Below, piece by piece: positions 26,836 to 37,067 of a DNA stretch of 55,042 nt (its first letter is position 1; each line of letters opens with the position of its first letter). Source of the stretch: a virus. Lineage: Duplodnaviria; Caudoviricetes. The position numbers and the translations under genes were made by a program. Under the pieces are notes generated by a model. The model was not told where the DNA came from. It did no database searches and worked only from the letters and a program-made list of their open reading frames with translations. Location of the stretch: positions 1 through 55,042 of the IMG/VR virus record IMGVR_UViG_3300046820_000403; one strand, 5' to 3'.

Positions 26836-27241
26836 CTGTTCCCCTTTGTGTTTCTGATAATTCTTCTACTTCTGTATACTGTACTAATGGTACAGGCATG
26901 ATTACTAACTGAGCAATACGATCACCCACTTTGTAAACATCATCAGGTGACCATGGATTCTTTAAGTTAAATGTAGCCATAATCTCACCACGATAACCAC
27001 TATCAATAACTCCTACACCATTAGACAATACAAGATCTTTGTCTCGTACAGAGGAACGTGGGAACACTAGTCCCACCATTCCTTCTGGTATCTCTACCGC
27101 AATACCTGTACCATATACTATTTGACCTTCTCTAGTAGATAAATCAACTGATGTAGCTACAAGATCTGCACCTGCATCTCCTGGCTTACCAAACTTAGGC
27201 TTTACTGCCTCAGGATGTAACTTTTTAAATAAGATCTTCAT
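26810..27241 (-). CDS. dut: Trimeric dUTPase
   Basis: AGADL, PRSS, GVIDSGYRGEI, RIAQL, RGTDGHGSTG. Confidence 0.95.
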   Translation of the reverse strand: MKILFKKLHPEAVKPKFGKPGDAGADLVATSVDLSTREGQIVYGTGIAVEIPEGMVGLVFPRSSVRDKDLVLSNGVGVIDSGYRGEIMATFNLKNPWSPDDVYKVGDRIAQLVIMPVPLVQYTEVEELSETQRGTDGHGSTGN

Positions 27242-28292
27242 CTTTTACTTCTGCGTTTAGTGTTAATACTTCGTTTTCGTCTACTTCAATAATATGATCA
27301 GAATCATTATTGTTTATACCAATAACAATGTCTGCACGAATTTGATCAAAGAACTCTGGGTTGTCTATTAATAATTTAACAAACTCATCCATTGGATATT
27401 TGTGATCTTTGTATGTAACAATCTTTCTCCATTCAGAAAGAATTTTAAACTGCTTACCAAAAGTTACAATTTCTTTATACTTATCAATACCCTGACCAAA
27501 CTTAACTAAGAACTCTGATACACGATATGGAGGTGCCATCTTATTCTTGATAGCTTTTACCTTAGTCTCATTACCATATACGTCGGTACCATCTTTAGCT
27601 AATGTCTTAGTCATCTCTATGGTAACATCCGCAGTATACTTTAATGTATGACCACCTTGAGTTGTCTTAGGATCACCATACATCACACCAATCTTTTCTC
27701 TCCACTGAGAGATAACAATCACACACGTACCGTTAACAGATATCAAATTCTTTAGTTTTGGATAAGCTCCTGAATTAAGTCTAGCCTTTTTACCGATAGA
27801 TGAATCGCCCATCTCACCCTCTACAACAGACCTAGGAAGTAAGCCGTTATCTGAATCGATGATTACAAGATCAATCTCTCCTGTCTTAATTAAATCACTA
27901 GCAATCTGAAAACCCTCCTCACCATCGTTTGGTTGACAGAATAACATCTCGTCAATATTTACTCCTAGAATAGCAAAATAATCCTTATCAACAGCACACT
28001 CGCTATCGATATACAATACCTTACCACCTTTTCTTTGACATTCTGCTGCAGCATGACCACAGATAGTTGACTTACCTGTGCCCTCCCATCCTCTAATCTC
28101 ATACATCTTACCCTTAACAAATCCTCCTACACCTAATGTGATGTAGTCGATAGCCAATGACCCTGTAGAGATTACATCGTAGTTACCATGCGCTTTCTGG
28201 TTGAGAGTAAGTACGGTACCTTCACCATACTTCTTGTTTAAATTAGCCAAAGCCTCACTCAATGAAGCTTTTTCTTCTTGTTTTTTTGCCAT
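27225..28292 (-). CDS. recA: RecA recombinase
   Basis: ISTGSLAID, GWEGTGKST, YIDSE, IIDS, GGHTLKY, KNKMAPPYR. Confidence 0.93.
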   Translation of the reverse strand: MAKKQEEKASLSEALANLNKKYGEGTVLTLNQKAHGNYDVISTGSLAIDYITLGVGGFVKGKMYEIRGWEGTGKSTICGHAAAECQRKGGKVLYIDSECAVDKDYFAILGVNIDEMLFCQPNDGEEGFQIASDLIKTGEIDLVIIDSDNGLLPRSVVEGEMGDSSIGKKARLNSGAYPKLKNLISVNGTCVIVISQWREKIGVMYGDPKTTQGGHTLKYTADVTIEMTKTLAKDGTDVYGNETKVKAIKNKMAPPYRVSEFLVKFGQGIDKYKEIVTFGKQFKILSEWRKIVTYKDHKYPMDEFVKLLIDNPEFFDQIRADIVIGINNNDSDHIIEVDENEVLTLNAEVKDEDLI

Positions 28293-28335
28293 TTCGATAT
28301 GTTTTTTGTGTATTTAAAGATACGAATAATTCATG

Positions 28336-28375
28336 AAAAAAGAAATAGCCTAGACGTAAAACACCTAGGCTATTT
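28336..28375 (-). terminator. Intrinsic terminator downstream of nrdJ/DUF5522
   Basis: AAATAGCCTAG...CTAGGCTATTT 11-bp stem plus a U-tract on the minus strand. Confidence 0.75.
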
Positions 28376-28400
28376 AGAAGTACACAATCAAAATTCACAA

Positions 28401-28574
28401 TCAATGAATGTTTTTTGTTCCTGCCGTATGGCGAGGATAATAAGGGCAATTCTTACACATGTTTCCACAACAGACTCCTCTGTTGTATAGATACTCTCTA
28501 CTCAATGGAGCAGGTACCTCCTGCACACGCTGCGGTCTGTGAGAACTCAACGTTGTCTTCTGCTTCTCTGACAT
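28401..28574 (-). CDS. DUF5522-like Cys-rich microprotein overlapping the nrdJ 3' end
   Basis: MSEKQ...LSREYLYNRGVCCGNMCKNCPYYPRH; +1 frame relative to nrdJ; start uncertain. Confidence 0.7.
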   Translation of the reverse strand: MSEKQKTTLSSHRPQRVQEVPAPLSREYLYNRGVCCGNMCKNCPYYPRHTAGTKNIH

Positions 28575-30411
28575 TTGTAAGGTCTAATTCTTTTAGTGTT
28601 ACAATACGTTTGTTATACTCTTCTTCAGAGATGTCTTCAAATGGAGCTTGTTGATATGTTCCGCCCCAATAAGGTAATACAGATAGGCCATTGTAATACT
28701 CACGGTTTTCCCACATCCAATTACCTACAGCTTCCCATTCATTTATTAATACAGATTTAGAATTATCAGTCCATGCTTCAGGAACATTTGATTCATATAG
28801 TCTTGTACTATCAATAGAAACAGTAGCTGATACATTGTGTGTATTGTCTCCTGTATTGTGTCCAGCTCTTATCCATTCAGTAGAGAACTTCTTAACACGA
28901 TTTAATGTTTGAATAGCTGTCTCGGTACGTAAGATAGAGTTCTCTGGAGCCTTAACAGGGATGCGTACACATACAGTATCTGTAGGACGTAATACATCAT
29001 CTTCACATAGCTCAGGATGATTTTCCATTAAGTACATAGCAATGTCTTCATTCTTGTTGAATCTCATTGTACGTAAGTAATAATCATTGTGCCAAGCATG
29101 AATACCAGATGCAGTTCCTAACACTAGTGACGTAGTACCTGAAGGTTTGATACAAGTGATACGAGCTGCCTCGTTTGTACCAGTCTTCTCAGTAATCATA
29201 CGGTTAACAGTCTTAGCTACGTGCGCTGCAATCTCTAAGTCATACTTCAAGATCTCACCTGATCCAATACCTGTCATACCAATACCTAGGAGAGCATCCT
29301 TCTGTGTAGTTGCAGCCCATATAGGACGCAAGTAGTGGAAGTTTGTAAACCCTGCTTGTAAGGTACCGAAGTACGCAGCAGCTGCTACACGCTCATTAAG
29401 ATCGTATTGATCTTTTACATCACTAACATTCACCTCACATAGGTTACAGAACTGATAAGGACGCAAAGCAATCTCACAACATGGATTGGTTCCCCAGTCA
29501 AGATCATTACTCCAATACAATCCTGGTTCTCCTGATCCTGATGCTTCTACACGTTTCCATAACGCCATGAATTCTTCTTCGCTCACTTCTCCACGTGGTA
29601 ACACTGCAGAGTTATTAGAACGACCACGTTGTTCATTAAGCTCCCACCAGTTACCATACTTGCATGTGATCATCTCTTCATCTGTGTAATCAAACAAGCA
29701 GATCATAGCTGATCTACGGATACCACCAGCCAACACTGAGTTAGCAATGTGGCACATGATATCATGACACTCTAGAGAAGATAATGTTTCTCCTGGAGTC
29801 TTTCTATCTAAGATGGCCTGAACGTGTGTGAGACAAATCTTAAGAGGCTCTGGACCTGGTGCTTTACCACCTGCTGTTACAAGACGTGCACCTTTCTCAC
29901 GAATAGCACGGAAGTCAAACTTAGGCATGAATCCGCCTTCTAGGTAAGCTTTCATCAATACCTTTACAGCATCAGCCCAGCCCATGATACTATCCTCAAT
30001 AAGGTAGGTGCGAGCTTTACCTGGTTTAGTGATGTTTGGTAGTTCACTTACGTGATGATATTGTACTGAGTATCCTACACCTGTACCTCCTAACAATAAG
30101 AACATTGCTTCAGAGAATGAATGAATACTATCTACTGGTAAGAAACAACAGTTGTAAATACGAGCGTTGTTTACTTCAGCTGCAGGACCTGCAAACTGTA
30201 AAGCCCTCATTGATGGGAGAATCTTCTTCTCTCTAATCATAGGAATCGTACTCTTGATTCCATTTTCTAGAAACGGGTATTTCTTGATCATCATAGCCTC
30301 ATAACGGTCTACGATCTCATCCCATGTTTCTCTTCTTCCCTTCTCGGGAATGTACTTGGCGTACTTGCTAAAAACGGTGATGTTTGACAGGGCTTCTAGT
30401 CCTAAATCCAT
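28498..30411 (-). CDS. nrdJ: Class II (adenosylcobalamin-dependent) ribonucleotide reductase
   Basis: YNCCF, GGIRRSA, TNPCCEI, QFCNLCE, TCIKPSGT, C-terminal ACAGGTC; no beta subunit nearby. Confidence 0.92.
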   Translation of the reverse strand: MDLGLEALSNITVFSKYAKYIPEKGRRETWDEIVDRYEAMMIKKYPFLENGIKSTIPMIREKKILPSMRALQFAGPAAEVNNARIYNCCFLPVDSIHSFSEAMFLLLGGTGVGYSVQYHHVSELPNITKPGKARTYLIEDSIMGWADAVKVLMKAYLEGGFMPKFDFRAIREKGARLVTAGGKAPGPEPLKICLTHVQAILDRKTPGETLSSLECHDIMCHIANSVLAGGIRRSAMICLFDYTDEEMITCKYGNWWELNEQRGRSNNSAVLPRGEVSEEEFMALWKRVEASGSGEPGLYWSNDLDWGTNPCCEIALRPYQFCNLCEVNVSDVKDQYDLNERVAAAAYFGTLQAGFTNFHYLRPIWAATTQKDALLGIGMTGIGSGEILKYDLEIAAHVAKTVNRMITEKTGTNEAARITCIKPSGTTSLVLGTASGIHAWHNDYYLRTMRFNKNEDIAMYLMENHPELCEDDVLRPTDTVCVRIPVKAPENSILRTETAIQTLNRVKKFSTEWIRAGHNTGDNTHNVSATVSIDSTRLYESNVPEAWTDNSKSVLINEWEAVGNWMWENREYYNGLSVLPYWGGTYQQAPFEDISEEEYNKRIVTLKELDLTNVREAEDNVEFSQTAACAGGTCSIE

Positions 30412-30433
30412 ATGTATTTTTGTTTAAAATTTT

Positions 30434-30469
30434 AAAAAGAAAGGACCGCAAACATAGTGCGATCCTTCC
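30434..30469 (-). terminator. Intrinsic terminator
   Basis: Minus strand GGAAGGATCGCA-N7-TGCGGTCCTTTC-TTTTT. Confidence 0.7.
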
Positions 30470-30498
30470 TAATTACCAAGCCTTTTACAAAATGTACA

Positions 30499-30858
30499 CT
30501 AACTAATTTTGTTATTCAACATCTCCACTGCGTTCTCTAATAAATAGACCTCAGCATCGTGTCTATTATCAAATTTAGCCTCGCTCACTACAGCATTTAT
30601 ATCAACAGCAAATATAGGTTCACCGTCACTATAACCGATAACTAGTGTAGCGTGTATACCATGCTCATCTAATAAATCTAGTATTGCTCTAGGATTCTTT
30701 TCAAGCATGATAGCTACGCCTCTTGTAACTACATCATCTGTTAGGAATTCTTCTAGCTCTCGTGCAAGATTTGCACCACCTGCCATTACTCCTCTATAAT
30801 GATCCATAATAATCTTACCTGCTACTGGGTAAGTCACTAATAATTCACGCGTCCTCAT
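30499..30858 (-). CDS. Hypothetical protein
   Basis: 119-aa ORF in the operon. Confidence 0.7.
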   Translation of the reverse strand: MRTRELLVTYPVAGKIIMDHYRGVMAGGANLARELEEFLTDDVVTRGVAIMLEKNPRAILDLLDEHGIHATLVIGYSDGEPIFAVDINAVVSEAKFDNRHDAEVYLLENAVEMLNNKIS

Positions 30859-31408
30859 ATAATTCTTGTTTTACTTTGTCTAAATCTAAACTCTCTGTTA
30901 ATAAATCAAATCCTCCCCACACTTCCATCTCCTCATCAAAATCCATACCAACCCTGTTCTCCCAATATTCACGTAAGTCCTGACTCTTCTTGAAAATACG
31001 AAACTGGATAGAGATCTCATCTCTATGCAAACCGTTCTTCATTATCTTAATCACCTTAGGAAATATACCTTGGAAATCATTGGAGGTTTTGGAATATTGA
31101 CCTCTCATGACAAGATCAAAATCGTTGTCATATTTTCTGTTTAGTTTATATACCAACACAACAAACCCATCTTCATAATCATAATCATCTATGATCATGT
31201 GATCTCTGTCATACTCTCCTTCTACAAACTCTCTAAATCTATCTAGGTTATCAGGCTTGAAGAGAAGATATACAGCATTTTCATACTGTACATCTTTTCT
31301 TAAGTCCGAGATATAGCCATTCAGGAAGTTATTATCCTTCAGGCTCTCCTTCTTTATCTTGAGAGTGGGAACAATAAATATACTGGTCACAGTCTTCTTA
31401 ATATCCAT
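30845..31408 (-). CDS. Conserved crAss-like hypothetical protein
   Basis: KTVTSIFIVPTL...FLNGYI...VYLLFKP...GQYSK; coupled to the nuclease gene. Confidence 0.7.
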   Translation of the reverse strand: MDIKKTVTSIFIVPTLKIKKESLKDNNFLNGYISDLRKDVQYENAVYLLFKPDNLDRFREFVEGEYDRDHMIIDDYDYEDGFVVLVYKLNRKYDNDFDLVMRGQYSKTSNDFQGIFPKVIKIMKNGLHRDEISIQFRIFKKSQDLREYWENRVGMDFDEEMEVWGGFDLLTESLDLDKVKQELYEDA

Positions 31409-32451
31409 TATTTAATCTTTACACGTCCTCCACTAAGATAGTTATTTCTAGAGATATTCCAAACGTCCATTTCCTTGGCCCACTTAATATCTTCAATGAT
31501 TTCTAGAATACCTCTATACTTAGTCCCTTTATACTCAAACCCATTCATACCTTCTAGGATATCGTTATCACTTAGATCATAGATGAGAGGAGCATAATAC
31601 GCACCGCTATCACAAACTATGAAACTAGGTGGCTTAACTGTATATCCTTCTTTAACTAGATCGTTGAAGTGATATAGGGATAGTGTATAATAAACTGCAG
31701 CCTGAATATCACCACGACGATACAGATAGTACTCACGATAGAAGTTCTCTACAGCCCATGTACATTTGAGGTCGTAGATGTGGATAGTCTTCTCCTGGTG
31801 ATCTACTATCACCTTATCCAACATACCTTTCATCTTCAGTCCTCCAATAGATACATCGCTTATCTGTAGCTGATTGTATACATCATATCTAGCAGTCTTA
31901 CCTTGATTAACAATAGGACCAATGAATGGATCGTTTTGCATTTGCTCTACAATACGCTCAGCATTACCTGCATCTCTTAATGAGATAACAGTTAGTCCTT
32001 TGCTTCTCACCTCACGAATCTCCTGATAATACACCTCTGCTTCAGACCCCATGAATTTCTTCATGACTGCCTCATAAGCAATTTTGTAACCAGAATCTGC
32101 ATAAGCATCTCTAGAGATGTCTTCAAACGTTCTTGTCACCTCACCATTTTCATCTGTAGATTCTTTTGTATGCTTATACAATGCTTCTACAAACTTTAAC
32201 ATTCCTTCTGTCGGAACAGTTTCACATACAGATGGAAAGAATCTATCATCGAATAACTCTGGTTCCATAAGCTTAGTCTCTACGACACGGCCCATAGTAA
32301 GCGCTTTAGTTTCATCGTCTTCAATCTTCTCTCCTAGTACATATCTACGATAGTACTTCTTTCTGTCTTTATCAAAGTCCTTTAGACTAGAAGAGCTATC
32401 CATCTCGATAGCTCTATAAAATTTCTCTGCGTTAACTTCTGCTATTATCAT
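31408..32451 (-). CDS. PD-(D/E)XK exonuclease (RecE/DUF3799-like)
   Basis: SSSSLK, ALTMGRVV, KGMLDKV...IYDLKCT, QAAVY. Confidence 0.8.
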   Translation of the reverse strand: MIIAEVNAEKFYRAIEMDSSSSLKDFDKDRKKYYRRYVLGEKIEDDETKALTMGRVVETKLMEPELFDDRFFPSVCETVPTEGMLKFVEALYKHTKESTDENGEVTRTFEDISRDAYADSGYKIAYEAVMKKFMGSEAEVYYQEIREVRSKGLTVISLRDAGNAERIVEQMQNDPFIGPIVNQGKTARYDVYNQLQISDVSIGGLKMKGMLDKVIVDHQEKTIHIYDLKCTWAVENFYREYYLYRRGDIQAAVYYTLSLYHFNDLVKEGYTVKPPSFIVCDSGAYYAPLIYDLSDNDILEGMNGFEYKGTKYRGILEIIEDIKWAKEMDVWNISRNNYLSGGRVKIK

Positions 32452-32692
32452 CTTGTCTCATTTCTAAATACTGTTGAACAATCTGATCACTCATTCTTCT
32501 AATTTCCATAGGAACTTGTTTGAAAAACCATCTCACCTCTATCTCATACATATTCCCTGCTGGGTCTGGTGTTTGAGGATCAATGAGCCAAAACTTGTGA
32601 TCTGTACCTTCTAAAGTTACAGAACCTTCGTACCACACCTCAACTATTGAGGGCTTACGCTGTATGCTAACCTCCGCGTTAGTCTTCATCAT
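32432..32692 (-). CDS. Hypothetical protein
   Basis: 86-aa ORF in the operon. Confidence 0.65.
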   Translation of the reverse strand: MMKTNAEVSIQRKPSIVEVWYEGSVTLEGTDHKFWLIDPQTPDPAGNMYEIEVRWFFKQVPMEIRRMSDQIVQQYLEMRQDDNSRS

Positions 32693-32825
32693 CTTCTTCT
32701 TCTACGCGAATAATAGACCCAGCTATAAAGTTCTTCATAGCTTCTTCTTTAGAGTTAGCACGAACGTGCATCCATTCTTTATCCTCTCTCCCAAAAGGAA
32801 TAAAGATCACTTTAAATAGTTTCAT
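32679..32825 (-). CDS. 48-aa hypothetical protein
   Basis: MKLFKVIF...VRANSKEEAMKNF...EEEDDED; ATGA overlap with the HNH stop. Confidence 0.6.
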   Translation of the reverse strand: MKLFKVIFIPFGREDKEWMHVRANSKEEAMKNFIAGSIIRVEEEDDED

Positions 32826-33220
32826 TTTCTTTCGTTTTGTGTTTTAATATCATGACACTTCTCACACAACACCTGTAAGTTATCTTGCTCACAGAACAGA
32901 CGCTCTATGAATCCTGGAAGATCACTAGAACAAGTTAGTGTACCTGCAGGGATAATATGATCCACGTTGATTTGCTTCTCTGGGTACCATCCTTTGCACT
33001 CGTTACACTGATACTCATACTTCATTCTCTTGTTAGGTCCTGTGTACGGCCTCCTGGATTTCTGTTTACACTCAGTGATTGGTTTCCACCATCTACTCTT
33101 ATTTCTAAGTGCACTGCGTATAAACGACCAGAAGGCCGACTCAGTCATTGTTCCACTATTTCTAGTTTTAGCAACTCTTGATCTCTTAACAGGTAACTTC
33201 TTTTGTATTCTCTTAGCCAT
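32822..33220 (-). CDS. HNH endonuclease
   Basis: YQCNEC...NVDHIIP...NLQVLCEKCHDIKT. Confidence 0.88.
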   Translation of the reverse strand: MAKRIQKKLPVKRSRVAKTRNSGTMTESAFWSFIRSALRNKSRWWKPITECKQKSRRPYTGPNKRMKYEYQCNECKGWYPEKQINVDHIIPAGTLTCSSDLPGFIERLFCEQDNLQVLCEKCHDIKTQNERK

Positions 33221-33221
33221 A

Positions 33222-33249
33222 TGTCACAAATATACAAATAATTGTGACA
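33222..33249 (-). promoter_or_regulatory. -7 box (TATATTTG) embedded in a TGTCACAA-N12-TTGTGACA inverted repeat
   Basis: Perfect 8-bp arms; the -7 box ends 6 nt before the HNH ATG. Confidence 0.5.
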
Positions 33250-33259
33250 AGATAGCTTG

Positions 33260-34726
33260 TTAGATATTCTTAACTCTTGCAGAAATAATAAACTGCATTC
33301 TAGAAAGATTGCTAACAATGTTATCCACCTCTTCCATAGAAACGGTAGGGAAGTTAACAGAATACTTCTTAGCTTCTGCTGTGAATCCTTCTACTACCTT
33401 CTCCTTAAGACCTAACATCTCCTTGATGGTAAACTCTTCATCAAGCTCAAGAGTATCAAAGTCTAGATCATGAAGAAGTTTTGTAGCCTCCTCACGAGGA
33501 ACAGTCATGATAGGAAGATACTCCCAACATCTACCCTTGCTCTCACCAATACCAACAACCTTCATTGGATTGATTAACACAAGAACAGACTGATCGCCAC
33601 AGCCTACATAATGAATCTCATCAGATGTGAAGTGCAAACCTTCTGCACCACAATCGTCTGTATTCCAACGACATTTAGCAGGATCCATGTGTACCACTTG
33701 TCCAATACGAATGTCGAATGTCTGAGTGTGAGCATCTGTAAAACGATTCTCCTCACGATTAGGTAGATCAAGATAAAGATCTGTTAAGTGACCAACGAAT
33801 TCACCGTGTTCTTTCTCAACAACATCATTGTATCCACCTTCTCCATCACATGTTGGGCATCCGCAATCCTCGTCATCACAATCCTCACCATAGCAATAAC
33901 TACACTCTACCCACTCCTCAGTTGTCAAATCGTCCTCATGTACAATCTTGTACTGACCGTTCTCTAGATATACATCATAGTCATTTGGACTCTTCTTCCA
34001 TACAGCTTTCACTTTGTTGTAAGACTCACTGACAAACTGTACAAACTCTGTACCACCATGGATGGTAACAACATTACGAAGAGCTGTGAAGAATCCCTGC
34101 TTGGTAATCTTAAAGCTATTCTTCTTCAGGAAGTTGAATAACTTATCAGCTACCTCAGCACGTGGATTCAAGCAGCACCACATCCAGAAGTTGTATAGAG
34201 CTGTGAAGTTATCATCATGGTCTAAGCTCACTAATGGATTGTGTCTAGATATAACCAACAAGAATTCCTCTACTAATAATGGAGGAAGACTACGATTGAT
34301 ACCTTTAACATACACAGAACCATCACGCACTTCGAAGTAATCAGGATGAGCCGCAAGCTTCTTAGCACCTTCTGCCAAAGCTTTCATCTTCTCAATCTCT
34401 TCTTCTTTCTTGCGCTTGTCATCATACACCTCTGCTACCATACAGATAGCAAACAATTCTGTCTCGCTCTTAGCAGTACGTGCTCTTTGGAAATCATCAG
34501 CTGTAGCAGGATGCTTGCTGATAATGTTCCCATCGTTTAGCACAACAGTTAGAACGTCGTTAACAAACTTGATGTTTGAATACGGCTTAAGTAGAAATGT
34601 ACTACTAGTGTTACTAGACGTAGTAGTAAGGGTGTACCCTGGAGCTGTTGTGTCTTTTAACAACATCTCTGCAATCTTTGTGTCTCTCTCAATCAGAGAC
34701 TTGAAGAACTCTAAACTTGTGTTCAT
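33260..34726 (-). CDS. rIIB: rIIB-like protein
   Basis: FKITKQGFFTALRNV, FTDAHTQTFDIRIGQVVHM, CGAEGLH, VLINPMKVV, KGRCWEY; follows the rIIA-like gene. Confidence 0.75.
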   Translation of the reverse strand: MNTSLEFFKSLIERDTKIAEMLLKDTTAPGYTLTTTSSNTSSTFLLKPYSNIKFVNDVLTVVLNDGNIISKHPATADDFQRARTAKSETELFAICMVAEVYDDKRKKEEEIEKMKALAEGAKKLAAHPDYFEVRDGSVYVKGINRSLPPLLVEEFLLVISRHNPLVSLDHDDNFTALYNFWMWCCLNPRAEVADKLFNFLKKNSFKITKQGFFTALRNVVTIHGGTEFVQFVSESYNKVKAVWKKSPNDYDVYLENGQYKIVHEDDLTTEEWVECSYCYGEDCDDEDCGCPTCDGEGGYNDVVEKEHGEFVGHLTDLYLDLPNREENRFTDAHTQTFDIRIGQVVHMDPAKCRWNTDDCGAEGLHFTSDEIHYVGCGDQSVLVLINPMKVVGIGESKGRCWEYLPIMTVPREEATKLLHDLDFDTLELDEEFTIKEMLGLKEKVVEGFTAEAKKYSVNFPTVSMEEVDNIVSNLSRMQFIISARVKNI

Positions 34727-34737
34727 TTTGTGATTGT

Positions 34738-37062
34738 TTATACTATTTTATAATTACTAAGATTCATACGCATATTCTTGTAACGACACATATCTTTTAA
34801 GACATCCATCATTGCATTGTTGTGCAACACTTGGCCAGAATAACCTGTCATCGTACTACAGATCTTGTTAATGAAAGGATGTTTAGATAACAGCTTCTCC
34901 ACACGAGAGAGCTTTGTAAACATCTCTAAGTCATAAAGATTGTACTTAGCGGCATGTTCTTCTAGCTTAAGCTCTTTACCAGTAGCTTCACCTTTTGCCC
35001 ATGTCCAGTTTCTAAACTCATAGTATGCAGCCAGATCATTTAGATCATCACTCAATTGTTCAGACAAGCCTGATAATCCTTTACGACAATTGAATGTGTT
35101 TCTATAAACTTCCCTTACACGCCCTATCAACAAAGCTGTCATCATTCTCTTGAATGGTTTGTTATGACCCTTCAGGAATGTATCTAGAGGCATGAAGTTA
35201 TGAAGTTCATACATCTCCAACACCTTAATCTCTCTATCAGACATGACAACAAATACTATCTCATTCTCTACCTTCTTGAATAAACCAAATAGATAGTCAA
35301 GCTTAGCACGATCTTCTTCCTTACCGTATACAGTGAGCATCTTTCTCTTGTGAAGAAGTTTACCATCATACACTGTAGGAACAAACTTAGCGTTAAAGCC
35401 TGTATCTCTTTCTGGAGATGTAGCTTGCTTAACATTAACATCACCCTTCTCCTTCACCTTACCATTCTTGGCAGCTTTAGGTTTAGGCTTGTAGTTCTTA
35501 AGCTTGTCTGCAACAATCCATGCTTCAGGAACATCAATAGCATCTAAGTCTACAAATCCTTTAGTGAGTCCAGCTTGCAATGTTTGGAACTCTGTAATGA
35601 TAGCTCTCCACTGTGCTTTAGGATAATGATACAACTTTAACAAGTCATGATAACAGCGCATGTCTGGATTACTAAATACACTATTAGTTGTCCAGTCTTT
35701 ACTCTTAGAGAACAATGTAAAAGGTTTACTCTTTCTAATGAACTTGACACTCTGTCCTTTCCATAGCTCCTTGATGTAACGACGCTTGCGATCAGGGAAT
35801 GATCCTTCGTACACTGCTAGCTTGGTGTTACGATTTATATTACTTAACCTAACATCCTGGTCCCAGTGACTCTTACACTCAGACATTCTACCTCTGTAGC
35901 TACTTAGTTCATACTTACCCTCATATTCGTTAAGTAAATAGTCTCTAAGCTTGTACACTTGCTCTGCTGTGAAATACTTAGAGTTAAGAAGCGTAGGTGT
36001 GCGCTGTGGTACACTAGCAAACTTCAATATGTCAGATATCTCCCACTGGTCACCTTTGTGATCTTTGATATGTTTGTTATGATTAGAATAATAATCAATC
36101 ACAGCACGTACATTATCTGTATCTACAATAGTTGCATTATACTTAACCATCAAGTCATTAGCAATCAGCTCAATCTTATTCTTGATGAGTTGCTTAGCTT
36201 CCTGTGTATATCGTAATGACTCACGATTAGGCGTAGGAAATAAACCATCTGTCAAGCTGAAGCGTAAACCTATACCAACAGATAGACGCTTGTATGAGTT
36301 ACCTGATTTATCTGTAAGGCCAAGCTTGTCTAGTTCTAATGGATAATAAACATTGTCTAGACAAACATGTATATAGCTGTCAGTACAAAGCTCTGATACC
36401 TGATAATGTTCAGCACGATGTATCTTGAATTTGTTATCAATACCTTCTACATTGAAATACACGTTCTCAAAATACGCTAACTGTTCCTTAATCTTGTTGG
36501 TAAAGTCATAACGGTCACCGTATTTAACAGGGATCATGATCTTAACACCATTGCGTTCAGATGTTGGTTTCTCATATAGCAAATCTATGGAGTTGGTTTC
36601 TTCGCCCTCATACATCATATACTTCCTTTCCATGCCATCTTTGCGACATGTAAAATAGAAACTGGAAGCATATGCAAGTGGAGCCTTGAACCCTAAGCCC
36701 ATCATACCAAGCTCAGTTGTACTGTTACGCTTGGTTGACTTACCATACTTACTGATGATATTTGCAACATCATCTGAGTCTAAACCTATCCCGAAATCCT
36801 CTACTGTGAATTCCCACGAGCTAGACCCTCCGCTCTGTTGCAAACCTACAATGATGGGATCTGATATCCCTGCTCTACGGTGACTGTCAAGAGCATTACT
36901 AGCACATTCCCTAACGGTAGAACCGATAGCGTCTGAATATAAACTTTTACTCAACATCTGCATCAACACCTGTGCACTGTCCAAGTCTAAGGACATTTCT
37001 ACAGTGTCGCAAGATGCTCCATCTTGATAAATTAATGATTGTGTTTGTTTTTCTAAGATCAT
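34738..37062 (-). CDS. rIIA: rIIA-like protein with an N-terminal GHKL (Hsp90-like) ATPase
   Basis: LYSDAIGSTVRECASNALDSH, EDFGIGL, YGKSTKR, GMMGLGFK, PTPNRESLRY. Confidence 0.8.
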   Translation of the reverse strand: MILEKQTQSLIYQDGASCDTVEMSLDLDSAQVLMQMLSKSLYSDAIGSTVRECASNALDSHRRAGISDPIIVGLQQSGGSSSWEFTVEDFGIGLDSDDVANIISKYGKSTKRNSTTELGMMGLGFKAPLAYASSFYFTCRKDGMERKYMMYEGEETNSIDLLYEKPTSERNGVKIMIPVKYGDRYDFTNKIKEQLAYFENVYFNVEGIDNKFKIHRAEHYQVSELCTDSYIHVCLDNVYYPLELDKLGLTDKSGNSYKRLSVGIGLRFSLTDGLFPTPNRESLRYTQEAKQLIKNKIELIANDLMVKYNATIVDTDNVRAVIDYYSNHNKHIKDHKGDQWEISDILKFASVPQRTPTLLNSKYFTAEQVYKLRDYLLNEYEGKYELSSYRGRMSECKSHWDQDVRLSNINRNTKLAVYEGSFPDRKRRYIKELWKGQSVKFIRKSKPFTLFSKSKDWTTNSVFSNPDMRCYHDLLKLYHYPKAQWRAIITEFQTLQAGLTKGFVDLDAIDVPEAWIVADKLKNYKPKPKAAKNGKVKEKGDVNVKQATSPERDTGFNAKFVPTVYDGKLLHKRKMLTVYGKEEDRAKLDYLFGLFKKVENEIVFVVMSDREIKVLEMYELHNFMPLDTFLKGHNKPFKRMMTALLIGRVREVYRNTFNCRKGLSGLSEQLSDDLNDLAAYYEFRNWTWAKGEATGKELKLEEHAAKYNLYDLEMFTKLSRVEKLLSKHPFINKICSTMTGYSGQVLHNNAMMDVLKDMCRYKNMRMNLSNYKIV

Positions 37063-37067
37063 GATTT

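Noticed and set aside
28398-28497. ncRNA or cobalamin riboswitch near nrdJ
   Set aside because: The region lies downstream of nrdJ and is explained by the DUF5522-like ORF; no B12-box is visible upstream
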